A DNA stretch of 64,000 nt from positions 19,406,001 through 19,470,000 of the forward strand of contig OX597835.1 in the NCBI GenBank assembly GCA_951406725.2. Reading direction: 5' to 3'. The notes beneath the pieces were generated by a model that did no database searches, was not told the DNA's origin, and saw only the letters and a list, made by a program, of their open reading frames with translations. Both the position numbers and the translations under genes were made by a program. The DNA is from Octopus vulgaris. Its lineage: Eukaryota. Positions 49,955 to 63,767 of this stretch are shown here, piece after piece; within the stretch, counting starts at the first letter, position 1, and every line of letters starts with the position of its first letter.

Positions 49955-51135
49955 TAAATAAATGTACATACGCACACACACCTATGTATGTATATGCTTG
50001 CAAGCATTTGTGTATTCATTGTGTAAATGAGCGACAAGATTATTCGATCTTCTACGGGAGCAATGCAGATATAATGACATGGCCTTTGAGACGAAAAACA
50101 GGGTGAACTTAGATGCATTGTTTCTGTACTATATTTCTCTCCACAGAAAGAGACACCTGCTTGATAGTAGTGAACGAATAACACTTTTAATGCTTTCTAG
50201 GTATATTGCTCCGACACAAAAACATAGACTTGCGAATCATGAATATGGAAGTGTTAAAGTCTATTTTGTTTAGTCAAGTGAAATGTCCGAGAAGGTGCTT
50301 CAGGTCCCAGATTATGCTTACTTGTTCGGTTTCTGGTGTTAGGTGTAGGCGAAATAGCAGCAGAGGTGATGGCGTTGTCATAACAGGAGGGCTGACGGTG
50401 TAGAGTTGATGTTATAAGTGTTTTGGACTTTTCGGAGCTTATGATGGTTGTGCTTAGAGTAGCGGTCATGTGTTTGAAGAGGTAGAATTAGAAATGCCGC
50501 TTTAAGACATGGATTAGTGCGAAATAGCGCAGGAGCCTCATTAGTCAAGGGTCCCCGTGCTAGTTTGTATATAATTTGGCTTGAATTCAATACATAAATA
50601 TTATAGCACCTAGTATATTGATTTTCCTCGGGAGGCCTACAATGAATTTAAAACGACTCTGGAACTCAGTACTAGTGTGGCTGTTCAAAGATCATTCAGC
50701 TTACGACGGTTATAGTGATCATTGTCATAACTTTTGTGCTAGTGATGTGAATATATTAATTCCCATTCGAAACGTGTATGTTCTGATACAACTTAATCTA
50801 TGCTGTGGTACTTACCCTGAAAGAAACACTCATATTAGATTTCCGGTGCAAAATTCACTCTTGCTTGTATTGCCAACAGGGGGGTAAATCCTTACCACCT
50901 CCAGTGACAAGCCAACCAGATATGATTTCGACAAGCCTTGGTTTTGTCAATGATGGACACTCGACCGCTAAGGAGAGCCGTGATTCATCTCTCGACTAGT
51001 AATATAGTTATGAATATTCATCATTACGTTGATGGAGTTAGAGTGCTGATTATCGCCGTTACATTTGTTTTGTCTCTACCAATCAAAATCAGTCAGAACG
51101 ATAATGTTTCTGCTGTTGATATGATAGACGTTGAT

Positions 51136-51815
51136 GGCGGCGAGCTGGCAGGAGCGTTAGCATACCGCCTGAAATGCTTAGCGGTATTTCGTCTGTCTTA
51201 ACGTTCTGAGTTCAAATTCGGCCGAGGTCTACTTTGCTTTTCGGGGCTGATAAATTAAGTACCAGTTGCGTACTGGGATCGTCTAATCGACTGGCCTCCT
51301 CCGCCCAAATTTCGGGCTGTATGCCTTGAGTGGAAAAGGAAATTATAGATTTTGGTTCGGCGGCGAGCTGGCAGAAACGTTGGCGCATCGGGTGAAATGC
51401 TTAGCGGTATTTCGTCTGTCTTTACGTTCTGAGTTCAAATTCGGCCAAGGTTTACTTTGATTTTCATTCATTCGGGGCCGATAAATTAAGTACCTGTTGC
51501 GTACTGGAGTCGTCTAATCGACTGCCCCCCCCCCTCCAACAAAATTTCGAGCTGTGTGCCTAGAGTGGAAAAGTAAATTATACATTTTGGTACGGCGGTG
51601 AGCTGGCAGAAACGTTTCGGGCCTTGTGTCTCGAATAGAAAAAAATCGTTAGCCGCCGGGCGAGTACTTAGCGATATTTCGTCCGTCTTCATGTTCTGAG
51701 TTCAAATTCCTCCGTGGTCGACTTCGCTTTCATCTCGGAGTTGATAAAATAAATACCAGCTGAGTACAGGGGGTCGATATAATCGACTATTCTACTTACC
51801 CAAATTTTCAGGCCA
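51136..51815 (+). mobile_element. Three tandem SINE A-head copies with an alternative tail
   Basis: GGCGGCGAGCTGGCAG-type heads at ~51136, 51359 and 51594. Confidence 0.85.
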
Positions 51816-51855
51816 TCCAACGATGATGTTACAAATAGTGTGTACTGTGTATAAT

Positions 51856-52264
51856 CTTTACTCTTTACTCTTTTATTTGTTTCAGTCATTTGACTGCGGC
51901 CATGCTGGAGCACCGCCTTTAGTCGAGCAAATCGACCCCGGGACTTATTCTTCGTAAGCCCAGTACTTATTCTATCGGTCTCTTTTGCCGAACCGCTAAG
52001 TGATGGGGACGTAAACACACCAGCATCAGTTGTCAAGCAATGCTAGGGGGACAAACACAGACACACCACAAACATATACACACACATATATATATATATA
52101 CATATATACGACGGGCTTCTTTCAGTTTCCGTCTACCAAATCCACTCATAAGGCATTGGTCGGCCCGGGGCTATAGCAGAAGACACTTGCCCAAGATGCC
52201 ACGCAGTGGGACTGAACCCGGAACCATGTGGTTGGTTAGCAAGCTACTTACCACACAGCCACTC
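51856..52264 (-). mobile_element. SINE type B, near full length
   Basis: High identity to 32140-32555. Confidence 0.9.
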
Positions 52265-52643
52265 AATGATTTCGAGTAGCGTGAAATTTTTCGTTTAGCA
52301 CTCTTTGTCTCTGCTCTGATTGGAAACAATTGAATATTTCTTCGTTTCCGGAAACCTGGTCGTCATTCATTCATTGTTTAAATTTGCACGATACACAGAG
52401 ATTATCGCAGGAAATACCACTCGTCTTGATTTCGGCATAGTTTCATGTACTTCCGCTCTCTCAAGGGAATATTGCAGCGTCTCGAGACAGATTTAATATG
52501 CGTGCGTAAGTACCTGCATACCTATATAGAATTGCACACACAAGCGAACACAAACACATACATACGCTTACGTGCATGAACACACGCATACACAAAGAGA
52601 ATCAGACGCAGGCAAATACGGACACATGAATATATCTGTGTTG

Positions 52644-52681
<38 letters not shown>

Positions 52682-52883
52682 ATATACATATAAATATATA
52701 TATGTATACATATATATATATATATTTATATGTATACATACATTTATATATATATATATATAAAGTGTATGTATACATATAAATATATATATATGTATAT
52801 ATATATATACATATATATCTATATATATATATGTATATATGTATATATTTATATATAAGTATATATATATATTTATATATATG

Positions 52884-52914
<31 letters not shown>

Positions 52915-53160
52915 GCATATATATATATATAATGTGTGAGTGTGTGTGGGTGGGTGTATATGTATACTGGTACATACATAATAGTGAACAAATAATTATA
53001 TGCATATAAACATGCATAAAACAGTGGATCGAGGACGATACATGTGTAACTATATACACACATATAAATACATGTCTATATACGTTTGCATAGATCCATG
53101 TAGCTATTTGCATAGATTTAGAATGAGTTTATGAAGTCTGTCTACGTGTAAGTGTTTGTA

Positions 53161-53253
<93 letters not shown>

Positions 53254-53645
53254 CTGTTTGTATATCCTAAAATACAATAATAGTGTACTTTTGCTTGTAA
53301 TGTTTATAACGGAGAGCACGGAATAAATAGAGGATGGGGATGATGAAAACGAGGGAAATGAAGGGTTGAAGAATGACATGAGAGAATATAAAGGTATGAC
53401 AATGAGAAATTTGTGACAGTAGCCTCTACGTTCTGAGTTCAAATTTCGCCGAGGTCGATTTGCCTTTCATCCTTTCGGGTTCGATAAATTAAGTACCAGT
53501 TATGCACTGGGGTTGATGTAATCGACTAATCCGTTTGTCTGTCCTTGTTTGTCCCCTCTATCTCCTTTCAGTTTCCGCTATCAAACCCACTCACAAGACT
53601 GTCATCAGCCTGAGGTTTTGGAGAAAACTCCTGCAAAATTTGCCA

Positions 53646-54172
53646 CGGATATTCTTTAAATAGTCAGAAATTTAGTCTCGGTCACAAAGAACATCTACGC
53701 ATCCCGTGCTCTCACCCACCGGAATGACCGCTGCCTGACCTGTTAAAATCTTCAACGCACCCACCACCCGATTTCAACATACATTGATAAACAGTTTGGC
53801 CATGGGCTCTTAGGAGCCTCGTTCGATTTGTTTTGCTCCGCCTCTGTTCTGTTTCTGTTTTTGCCAACGGATTTCCTATTTCTTCCTGAAGAGAAAGACA
53901 CAATATGGTCTCCTTATTCAATCGGAATTTGGTAAATTGTGGCTTTCGAAACACGTGTAGAATGCAATAAAACGATTTCTGTTCAATCTTCGTTCAACTC
54001 CATTTCTTCAATTCACTAATAATATTAAAATTCAATTATCCGCACCAACGCATGGTAGCAACACCATATGGTTGTACCTCCAACCGTGCTGTCTTCTGCT
54101 GTGATTTTTGCTACCAAGGTATCGGTTAAACTTTTGATTAATCTGCAACAAGATTATTCATCTTTCTATTTC

Positions 54173-54176
<4 letters not shown>
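53646..54176 (+). mobile_element. Hammerhead-bearing element, family H1, longer copy ending in (TA)n
   Basis: 53811-54171 is homologous to 10958-11320. Bracketed by an ~80-bp direct repeat (53565-53645 and 54269-54350). Confidence 0.8.
53877..53969 (+). ncRNA. Type I hammerhead ribozyme, intact core
   Basis: CTGAAGA at 53886-53892, stem II GAAAGACACAAT/ATTGTGGCTTTC (11 of 12 bp), GAAAC at 53948-53952, palindromic ACACGTGT, GTA^ at 53957-53959, and stem I TTC/GAA plus TATT/AATA. Confidence 0.8.
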
Positions 54177-54248
<72 letters not shown>

Positions 54249-55382
54249 AAATTATATACGATGAGCTTCTTTCAGTTTCCGTCTACCAAATCCACTCACA
54301 AGACTGTCATCAGCCCGATGTTTTGGAGAAGACTCCTGCAAAATTTGCCATGCTATGGGGCTGAACCTTGTACCTTGTGGTTTGGAAGAAAGCTTCTTTT
54401 CGTACTTTTGATATAGCGACAGAGTTTTATAAGTTTCTATGAGAAAATTAACGAAAATTGATAGCAGAAAATTATTCTGGGCAAATATTATTTTGAAAAG
54501 TATAAAAATTTATTCCTCTAAATAAAAAAAAATAACTGTTTAAAAATAAAAGTATATAAAATCAACATATGTCGAAGGAAACCTAGTTTTCTCTAAATTT
54601 TATGTATGTATCGGACAGATTATTATAAGGTCAACATATTTGGGTTAGTTTTATAGTTACAGTCAGTTTGCTATAATAAACACGACAGGAGAAGCTTGTA
54701 GGTGTCTTTGATATGCATCGAGAAATATCGACTCCGCACAAATACTTTATTACTGATTGATGCCGTATCGCATCTCTCCAGAAATCAATGTTCCGTGACT
54801 ATCTTACTTGGCTGATAGCCATCATTCTCGCTGCCAACAGAACCCGGCAGCCAAAGAACGACCGTTTAACATACCGCTGCTCTTTTCTGAGGCCAACCTT
54901 AATTGATCTTTGGCTACGATCTTTGCAACTTGTTCATCGTTTCTCTTCCACCCTACTTCCACCCTACTCACTTATGCTTCTCCTCCTCTTCGTTTTTCAT
55001 TCATCTGTGTTCGTCTTAATTACTTCTGCAAATGATTCCACCTCAAACTTTTGTTTTGTTTATTCATTTCTCCCATCGCCATTGATGTCGATATTCATGT
55101 TGTTGTCTTGGCTGTTGCTGCTGCTGTTGTGTATTTTGTTCTAGTTGTTGTTCATTAGAGATTGCTTTGTTTATTGTTTAAGATGATACTATCTATTAGT
55201 TTCGTCATGAAATTAATTGCGATACATTTTTCGACTTTCTGTATTGTGAGTTCAAATGCCACCGAAATCAGCTATATTTTTTTCTTGTTGTGGGTTCAAA
55301 AACAGAAAGAACGAGACACCGGCTCCTGTGGTTATTAGTGACTCCAAACTTTTCCACTTTTTTTTGCTCAATAAATGAAATG

Positions 55383-55420
<38 letters not shown>

Positions 55421-55604
55421 GTTCTTCTTCTTCTTCTTAGCAGTATTTTACCTGTCGCTACGTTCGGTGTTCAAATTCCACCGGGGTCGACTTCACCTTT
55501 CATCAATTCGCGCTCGATAAATTAAGTACCAGTGAAACACGGGAGTCGAGTAATCGACTGGTCACCTCCCACAAATTTCAGGTCTTTTGCCTGTAGTAGA
55601 ATAG

Positions 55605-56047
<443 letters not shown>

Positions 56048-56747
56048 TATTATTATTATTATTAATAATAATAATAATAATTTGTTTTATCGTCTGGCGT
56101 ATATAGAACTATTATATATATATATGTATTTCATCAAAATCCAGAAGACTGGATCGAGTGAAGCAGGCCCAGATTAAAAAATAATTAACACCAATCTGGT
56201 GGATAAAACTTATAAGACCAAAGAAAGCGCAATAACAACCCTTAAAAATAAGGGGTTGTGGCTAATTCAGGCATAGCTCGATCGGAAGGTGGTGAAAATA
56301 AAGGTGGCTGATGTGCAAACAGAAGTGAATAAATCTTTGCCGGTGGCAACCCTGTTATACGGCATACAAAAATAAATCAAGTGCACAAAATAGTGTAGGA
56401 AAATTGGTAAGACAGAGGAGTAAAATTATTCATACAAGCCTATTAGGATAGTATATTTAAAGCTTGAAATAATAAAAAAAAAAGTCTTGTGACTCGACTT
56501 CGTATAATCCTTGGGATGCCACAACTTTTTCTACCAAATAAAATTTAACAGACATTGGTCGTCCCGGAGCTAAAATAATAATAAAAACAGTCTAGACCAA
56601 TGTGCCACGCAGAAGAATCGAACACGAAAACGTGTTTGCAAATCATGCTCCTTAAGCTCACTGTTCTAGTAAATATTGTAAAATAAAATTTTGAAATAAC
56701 TTGTATAGCAATATCGATATAATTTTTAAGATTCCTTATTACGAAGT

Positions 56748-57077
56748 TTAAAAAAAGACTCCGCCGGTTACGACGACGAGGGTCCCAGCTGATACGATCA
56801 ACGGAACAGCTTGCTCGTGAAATTAACGTGCAAATGGCTGAGCATTCCACAGACACGTGTACCCTTAACGTAGTTCTCGGGGATAATCAGCGTGACACAG
56901 AGAGTGACAAGGCTGACCCTTTCAAATACAAGTACAACTCATTTTTGCCAGTTGAGTGGACTGGAGCAACGTGAAATAAAGTGTCTTGCTCAAGGACATA
57001 ACGCGTCGCCGGGAATCGAAGTCACAACCTTACGATCATGAGCAGAATGCCCTAACCACTAAGCCACGCGCCCTCAC
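56748..57077 (-). mobile_element. Chimeric SINE with a type D-like head and type C tail
   Basis: 11-bp TSD TATTACGAAGT. Head and core match 30505-30847, while the 3' half matches 42890-43070. Confidence 0.9.
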
Positions 57078-57559
57078 TATTACGAAGTACCGCGATACGT
57101 AATATTATTTTTGAGATGTTAGCAAGGCACGATGAACCCGTAGTCATTTCCACACTTATAATGAATTATGTTTCCTACGACTTCCAGTAGTTTTGGAATG
57201 CAGCGTTGATCGAAATATATGTGGCCGTGAAGTAGGGATTCATTATTAATTTTATGTAATATGCAAGCTATATTTCGAAATAAACTTATAAATATCGTGA
57301 CATCGCAACGCAATTATTAACCTCCCTCACTTTCTGTGTGTACCCCACTCTCAGTATGTACCTCTCTCTTTATTCTCCTCTTTCTTTCCTCTCCTCTCTC
57401 TCTCTTTCTCTCTCTCACTCTATTTACATCTGTATGTATACATGCTGTTAAGTTAGACATGGGCTGGAGCAATCTTTGGTTGAAACATCTGTTATCTCAA
57501 TAATATATATTGATACATACACATAAAGTTATAGACATACTTACACACACACACACATA

Positions 57560-57629
<70 letters not shown>

Positions 57630-57660
57630 ATTATTATTAATATTATTATTATTATTATTA

Positions 57661-57773
<113 letters not shown>

Positions 57774-57932
57774 ATTTCTAAATTTCTGAACGAGGAACAT
57801 TCAGTAACAGTATCTAGAGTAAAGATTATATGCCAACATAATGCGGCAGTACTGATTAGGAATAAAAAACAGTAACATTCGTCCTAATCAGGACTACCAC
57901 ATTATGTTGGCAAATAATCTTTACTATATAGA

Positions 57933-57984
<52 letters not shown>

Positions 57985-58114
57985 GTGGGGGTACCGTTGT
58001 TGGTTTTCGATAACGTATTAATCTACAGCAAACCAAGGAATCGGGATGTTGCAATATTTATTGTCAGGCATAAAAGAAAAAAAATATTAGATATCTATAA
58101 TTTTGCCGAGAGTT

Positions 58115-58380
58115 TCATTTCACATAAGAAAAAAAAGTGATTGTTTATTTAGTTGTTTTGCGAATACAATCGGTGAATAACATTACGATTTCCTTACTAT
58201 TTGCTAGCTATCTCCATATAATTCTTATTAAGTCGGATTCCTCGTATGAAGTAAGCAAGATATTTCCGAGAGCTTTGGTTTTTGCTATCTTCTCAAACAA
58301 TCCGATAGAGTCTATAATAAACATTGCAAACCTCCAGGAATTTTATAGGCTATTCTCTGGATGGACATATTCATGTATAC
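58115..58380 (+). repeat. ~265-bp segment duplicated at 62095-62359
   Basis: Collinear and highly similar. Confidence 0.95.
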
Positions 58381-58879
58381 CAGAAGGGATATAATATTTA
58401 TTAATCTGATGCCTATATTTCCTTGTTACTTTATGAACAATCAAGTGAAATAATTTTCCTGCCGAAGCACGCAGTGTAAACTTCATCTTTGTTTTTTGCT
58501 TTTTTTTTGCCTTTGTCCTGTTATTGACCTTCGAGAAGTGGATGCAATGGATAAGTGAGTGTGTATGATATAGGATAAAAGGAAATAACGAAGTCGTGCG
58601 GAGAGTAAAAGAAGACGAAATATATCTTGGAGGAAGAGAGCAATGCACATTTGTGAGTCTGTCTATCGACTCATCAATTTGTCACATTCTCTCTCTCTTT
58701 CTCTTTCTCTCTCTCTCTCTCGATTTATCTATCTATCTATTTGCATGTCTCTCAACATATTTTATACTCTCTTTGTGTCGTCTCTCCCTGTCCCTCTCAT
58801 ATGTGTATGTATGAATGCATGTGTATATATATATATATACATGTATGTGTGCATGTATATATGTATATATATATATATA

Positions 58880-59175
58880 TATCACCGTTACCGTTACCGA
58901 CCAGGGTATCAGATGTTGCTACACATCGCTGGTCACAATGCGCTTCGCATTGTTTTAGCCTTCAAATGACGCCACCCCGCTGGCTAAGCCAGCAGGCCAA
59001 CAGAAGAAAGAGTGAGAAAAAGAGTACAGCAGGGATCGCCAGCACCCCCTGCCGGAGCCTCGTGGAGATTTTAGGTGTTTTCGCTCAATAAACACTCACA
59101 ACGCCCGTTCTGAGAATCAGAAGCGCGATCCTACAACCGCGAGTCCGCTGCCCTAACCGCTGGGCCATTGTGCCT

Positions 59176-59178
<3 letters not shown>
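58880..59178 (-). mobile_element. SINE with type C head and a third tail type
   Basis: Minus strand GGAGGCACAATGGCCCAG head. The tail ends GGTCGGTAACGGTAACGGTGAT. Inserted in (TA)n. Confidence 0.85.
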
Positions 59179-59233
<55 letters not shown>

Positions 59234-59551
59234 GTGTGTGTGTTAGTACATATATATATATATATATATATATATGTGAATTTATCCATGTACATGTTAT
59301 AAACTATATTAGAAATACTTATTGCAAAGTTCAAACATGTTCTCTGATGAAGAAATCAAAAGTGTGTGAAGTGTATGTATGTGTGCATGCGTGTCTATAT
59401 TTTTGCTGTTCATATGTAAATAAATATTATGTGCATATATATATGTATATGCGTGTGTGTGTATTATGTATATAACCATTTATATAGATACATATACACA
59501 ACATAGATCTACATATATATGCATATCTATATATATATATGCATGTACATA

Positions 59552-59584
<33 letters not shown>

Positions 59585-59848
59585 ATAACCATTTATATAC
59601 ATACATATATACAACATAGATGTACATATATATATTTATATCTGTATATTTATATATTTATATATGTATCTATATATATATGCATGTATACACACACATA
59701 TATACGCACATATATGTATATAAATATATATCCGTGTGTGTGTATGTGTGTTTCTGTGCGTGTATATACGTATAGGCACATGCCTTTCTTTACTCATTTA
59801 TATACATGCTTGTATATATTCACATAGGTATAAGTATTCTTTTTTAAT

Positions 59849-59900
<52 letters not shown>

Positions 59901-59902
<2 letters not shown>

Positions 59903-60129
59903 CGGGAAGCTTTATGAAAATAGACAAAAAACGAAGGCAGGTTTACGGAAATAAACAAAAGACGAAGGCAGGTGGAATACAAACAAACAATTGTATTAGT
60001 ATGGCGCTCAGGAAATATAAATAAATCAAGTCTTTAACGTTTCGAGCATACGCTCTTCAACAGAAAGATACAGAGAGAAGAAACACAGAAAGAAGGAGAG
60101 AAAACAAATGCGTGCAGAGGCTAGCGAAT

Positions 60130-60134
<5 letters not shown>
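59901..60134 (-). mobile_element. Hammerhead-bearing short element, family H2, inserted in (TA)n
   Basis: Motif TCTTT-CTGTTGA-A-GAGC(GTAT)GCTC-GAAAC-GTT-AAAGA at 60031-60068. (TA)n on both sides. Confidence 0.7.
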
Positions 60135-60190
<56 letters not shown>

Positions 60191-60193
<3 letters not shown>

Positions 60194-60441
60194 ATAAAAC
60201 GGTAAGATAACAAAAGAAAGAAAGAGACCTCAATATTATGTAAATAGAGGAAATTTATCTATACAATATGTTACATTACTCGGTAGTCAAGATAAAACTC
60301 TGAGTTTCAGATGCTGAAGTGGAAATCCACAACACCATCTCTTCGGTTATCTAGCCAGATAACCGAAGAGATGGTGTTGTGGATTTCCACTTCAGCATCT
60401 GAAACTCAGAGTTTTATCTTGACTACCGAGTAATGTAACAT

Positions 60442-60449
<8 letters not shown>
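60191..60449. mobile_element. Family H3 element with a perfect 93-bp fold-back containing a hammerhead-like motif on each strand
   Basis: Arms 60260-60352 and 60357-60449, loop AGCC. Motif AGATAA-CCGAAGA-GATG..CATC-T-GAAAC-TCAGA-GTT^TTATCT. (TA)n on both sides. Confidence 0.8.
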
Positions 60450-60511
<62 letters not shown>

Positions 60512-61012
60512 TTACATATTAAAAGGGAAGTTGTTTGTGTGTTGTGTGAACCACTTCTACTCCTACGATTTTCAACCGAATGCCATCTAATTTGACATGT
60601 GTGCTCTCTTTGACTTAGGGTGAATTTTCTCATAATTTTTTCCACTGTACCCGCAACATAAATAGATTACTTTCAATTCGCTTAGGATTTAACTTGAGCC
60701 AGCGAAAACAACGCAACACACACCAAGTTGGAAAATAATCAATACTTTACATTATCAGCTGTGGAGAGCTCTAATCGACTGCTTGCAGAGTACTGCCAGC
60801 AGTATTCATTTGCGAGTTACCCCTGTTTTCACGTGAACGCTCTTTTTCGTGTAATTATTCCAACTTAAACTTGCCACTTCAAGGTCTTCCACAAAATTAA
60901 AAATCCTTAATTCGTTTGTTTGATTAACATTTTTGCCAACTACATTTTACTACTGTTTGGGTGCTACACATTCATCGCTTTTCCCTTAGTAATTTTTCTA
61001 TTGCGTAAAAAG

Positions 61013-61303
61013 ATCATCATCATCATTGTTCGACCGTGGTCGAGACAAGGGAATTTACTATGTTACGCCAGACTTCACGGTCCATCATAGCATTACATCA
61101 GGGTAGGAGAGTGTGCGCCCTCTGGTATTGCGAGTAGATGGCTTCCAGAGGAGAAGAGTAGAAATTACTTCTTTTTCAGCTCTACAACAATGTCCAGCAA
61201 ACTGGACTCTCCTAACTTTCACAAGAGATGACACAGGTGGTAGTTTCCCATATATTTGCATTTTGGTTGGATGGCGCTTCCACGAGAGATTTTGAGCTCT
61301 CAA
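61013..61303 (-). mobile_element. RTE/RTE-X LINE 3' fragment
   Basis: LRAQNLSWKRHPTKMQIYGKLPPVSSLVKVRRVQFAGHCCRAEKEVISTLLLWKP..RGRTLSYPDV, with a (GAT)n tail on the minus strand. Confidence 0.85.
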
Positions 61304-61305
61304 CC

Positions 61306-61680
61306 ATGCCTTGATGCAAAACATCCAATATAGGTCGGAAAACAAATGCTGTAAAGAAAAGTAAACGTATGCATGCAAATGAATCTGCCGAGGAGTCCGC
61401 CAGGAGGAACACTCTCAATGCAGTTAGGATGTCTTCAGTACGAAGAAGGGAAAGTGAAGAGCAACGTTGTGATCGGTCAGCATGTATTGCTGCGCAACGA
61501 GCCGTCCAGAGCAACGAGCAACGTTCATCACGCCGAACAAGAAATGCTTCCTCAACTGCTGCTGCACGAGCTGCAGAGACTGCAGCACAACGCGCAGATC
61601 GACTTACAAGTGATGCTGCAGCTATTGCTGCCGCGCGCGCTACGGCCAATGTTGTATGTGAAACCCTGCGAAACAGTTGA
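61306..61680 (+). pseudogene. Helitron Rep/helicase-like N-terminus (pseudogenised)
   Basis: MP*CKTSNIGRKTNAVKKSKRMHANESAEESARR..RESEEQRCDR..AETAAQRADRL. The TGA/TGC codons are CpG-decay of CGA/CGC (MPRRK). The E(S/T)xEQRxxRL repeats are typical of Helitron N-termini. Confidence 0.65.
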
Positions 61681-61885
61681 GCAGCAGTTGAGGAAGCATT
61701 TCTTGTTCGGCGTGCTGAACGTTGCTCGTTGCTCTGGACGGCTCGTTGCACAGCAATACATGTTAACCGATCACAACGCTGCTCTTTACTTTCCCTTCTT
61801 CGTACTGAAGACATCCTAACTGCATTGAGAGAGTTCCTCCTGGCGGCCTCATTCATTTGCACGCATACGTTTACTTTTCTTTACA
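61350..61885. repeat. Large inverted repeat (~210-bp arms, ~116-bp spacer)
   Basis: 61350-61563 pairs with 61680-61885, with scattered substitutions and one short indel. Confidence 0.95.
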
Positions 61886-62657
61886 CTATTTCTCTTTTTG
61901 TCATATCTCTATGCTCAACCTTGCCATCTGCTAAACAGCACATGTCAGCAGTTATGTAATAAGGAAAATAAACTCAATTACTGCCGGTTTTTTTACAGAT
62001 CAACTTACTGTCCCAATGGAAAACAATAATAATTGTGAAGGCGTCAATAAATTCAGTAACAGTGAAACACAGGGTCGATATAAACGACTGGCCCTCATTT
62101 CACATGAGAAAAAAAGTGATTGTTTATTTAGTTGTTTTGCGTATACAATCGGTGAATAACATTACGATATCCTTACTATTTGCTAACTATCTCCATATAC
62201 TTCTTATTAAGTCAGATTCCTCGTATGAAGTAAGCAAGATATTTCCGAGAGCTTTGGTTTTTGCTATCTTCTCAAACATTCCGATAGAGTCTTTAATAAT
62301 CAACGCAAACCTCCAAGAATTTTATAGGCTATTCCCTGGATGGACATATTCATGTATACACAGGGTCTATATAAACGACTGGCCCTCATTCATAAAATTT
62401 CAGGCCGTGTACTTATAGCAAAAAGAATAATTATTGCTATTATTGTGATTCTGGATTATAATGTGTTAACATTTCAATGTAGCGGAATGTTTTACTACCG
62501 TATACTGCAATAATATATGTGTGTGTGTGTGTGTAATTTTATTTTGTTATGTATATATAAAAGCCTGTTGGTGAGGCTGCTCGTGTATAATTGCAGTATA
62601 TACGCATATATGTATATATTTCTCTTCAAGCATGTACGCCGCAAAAATCGCGGAGAT

Positions 62658-62701
<44 letters not shown>

Positions 62702-63017
62702 ACACACACACGCACACACGCACACGCACACACAGGGGCAATTAAGTTACATCAATCGTACTGATTATAGTGGGCATGATGAAATCTATCCAAAATATCT
62801 CTTTGACTAACAAATCCACACCTACATCCATCCTATCATCGCTAATTTCTATAACTGATTTTTTTTTTCATAAATCTCTGATATTCCATATCAATAATAC
62901 TAACGAAAATAAAACATTAGAAGTTTAATTATACGTACTGTGTGTAATCTTGTGTTTCATCTTGTGTTAATCCACGTGCGTGTGCGGATTTGTCTGTGTG
63001 CATACATGCATATGCAT

Positions 63018-63067
<50 letters not shown>

Positions 63068-63172
63068 GCATATATTTATATGTGGATTATATATATGTAT
63101 ATATGCATGTTTCTGTGGGTACAAATATGTTTGTGCATGTATATTTGTGCATACATACACATACACACACAC

Positions 63173-63205
<33 letters not shown>

Positions 63206-63374
63206 CATATGTAGTAACTGTCTGTCAATCTATCTCACTCTATATATATGGTTTATGAATATCTGTATACAAGCATGTCAATATGTAGATATATACGTTT
63301 GTGTGAATGTATTTTTGCGTATACATATATATGTCTGTATATATATGTATATATATGTGTGTGTGTGCATGTAT

Positions 63375-63426
<52 letters not shown>

Positions 63427-63546
63427 TGAGAGAGAGTTACATAAATATATGTGTATACATAGTCATATATATACATGTGTATATACATATATATGCACAT
63501 ATGTATATATGTTGGTGTACATATAGAAATATACACACACAAACAC

Positions 63547-63767
<221 letters not shown>

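Larger units (their letters stand above)
60510..61680 (+). mobile_element. Helitron 5' portion interrupted by an RTE fragment
   Basis: A^TCTTACATATTAAAAGGGAAGTTGTTTGTGTG terminus, followed downstream by a RepHel-like N-terminus. Confidence 0.65.

Noticed and set aside
58137-58394. 85-aa ORF open in both copies of the duplicated segment
   Set aside because: The duplication is recent, the start codon is GTG and there is no recognisable domain, so shared openness is uninformative.
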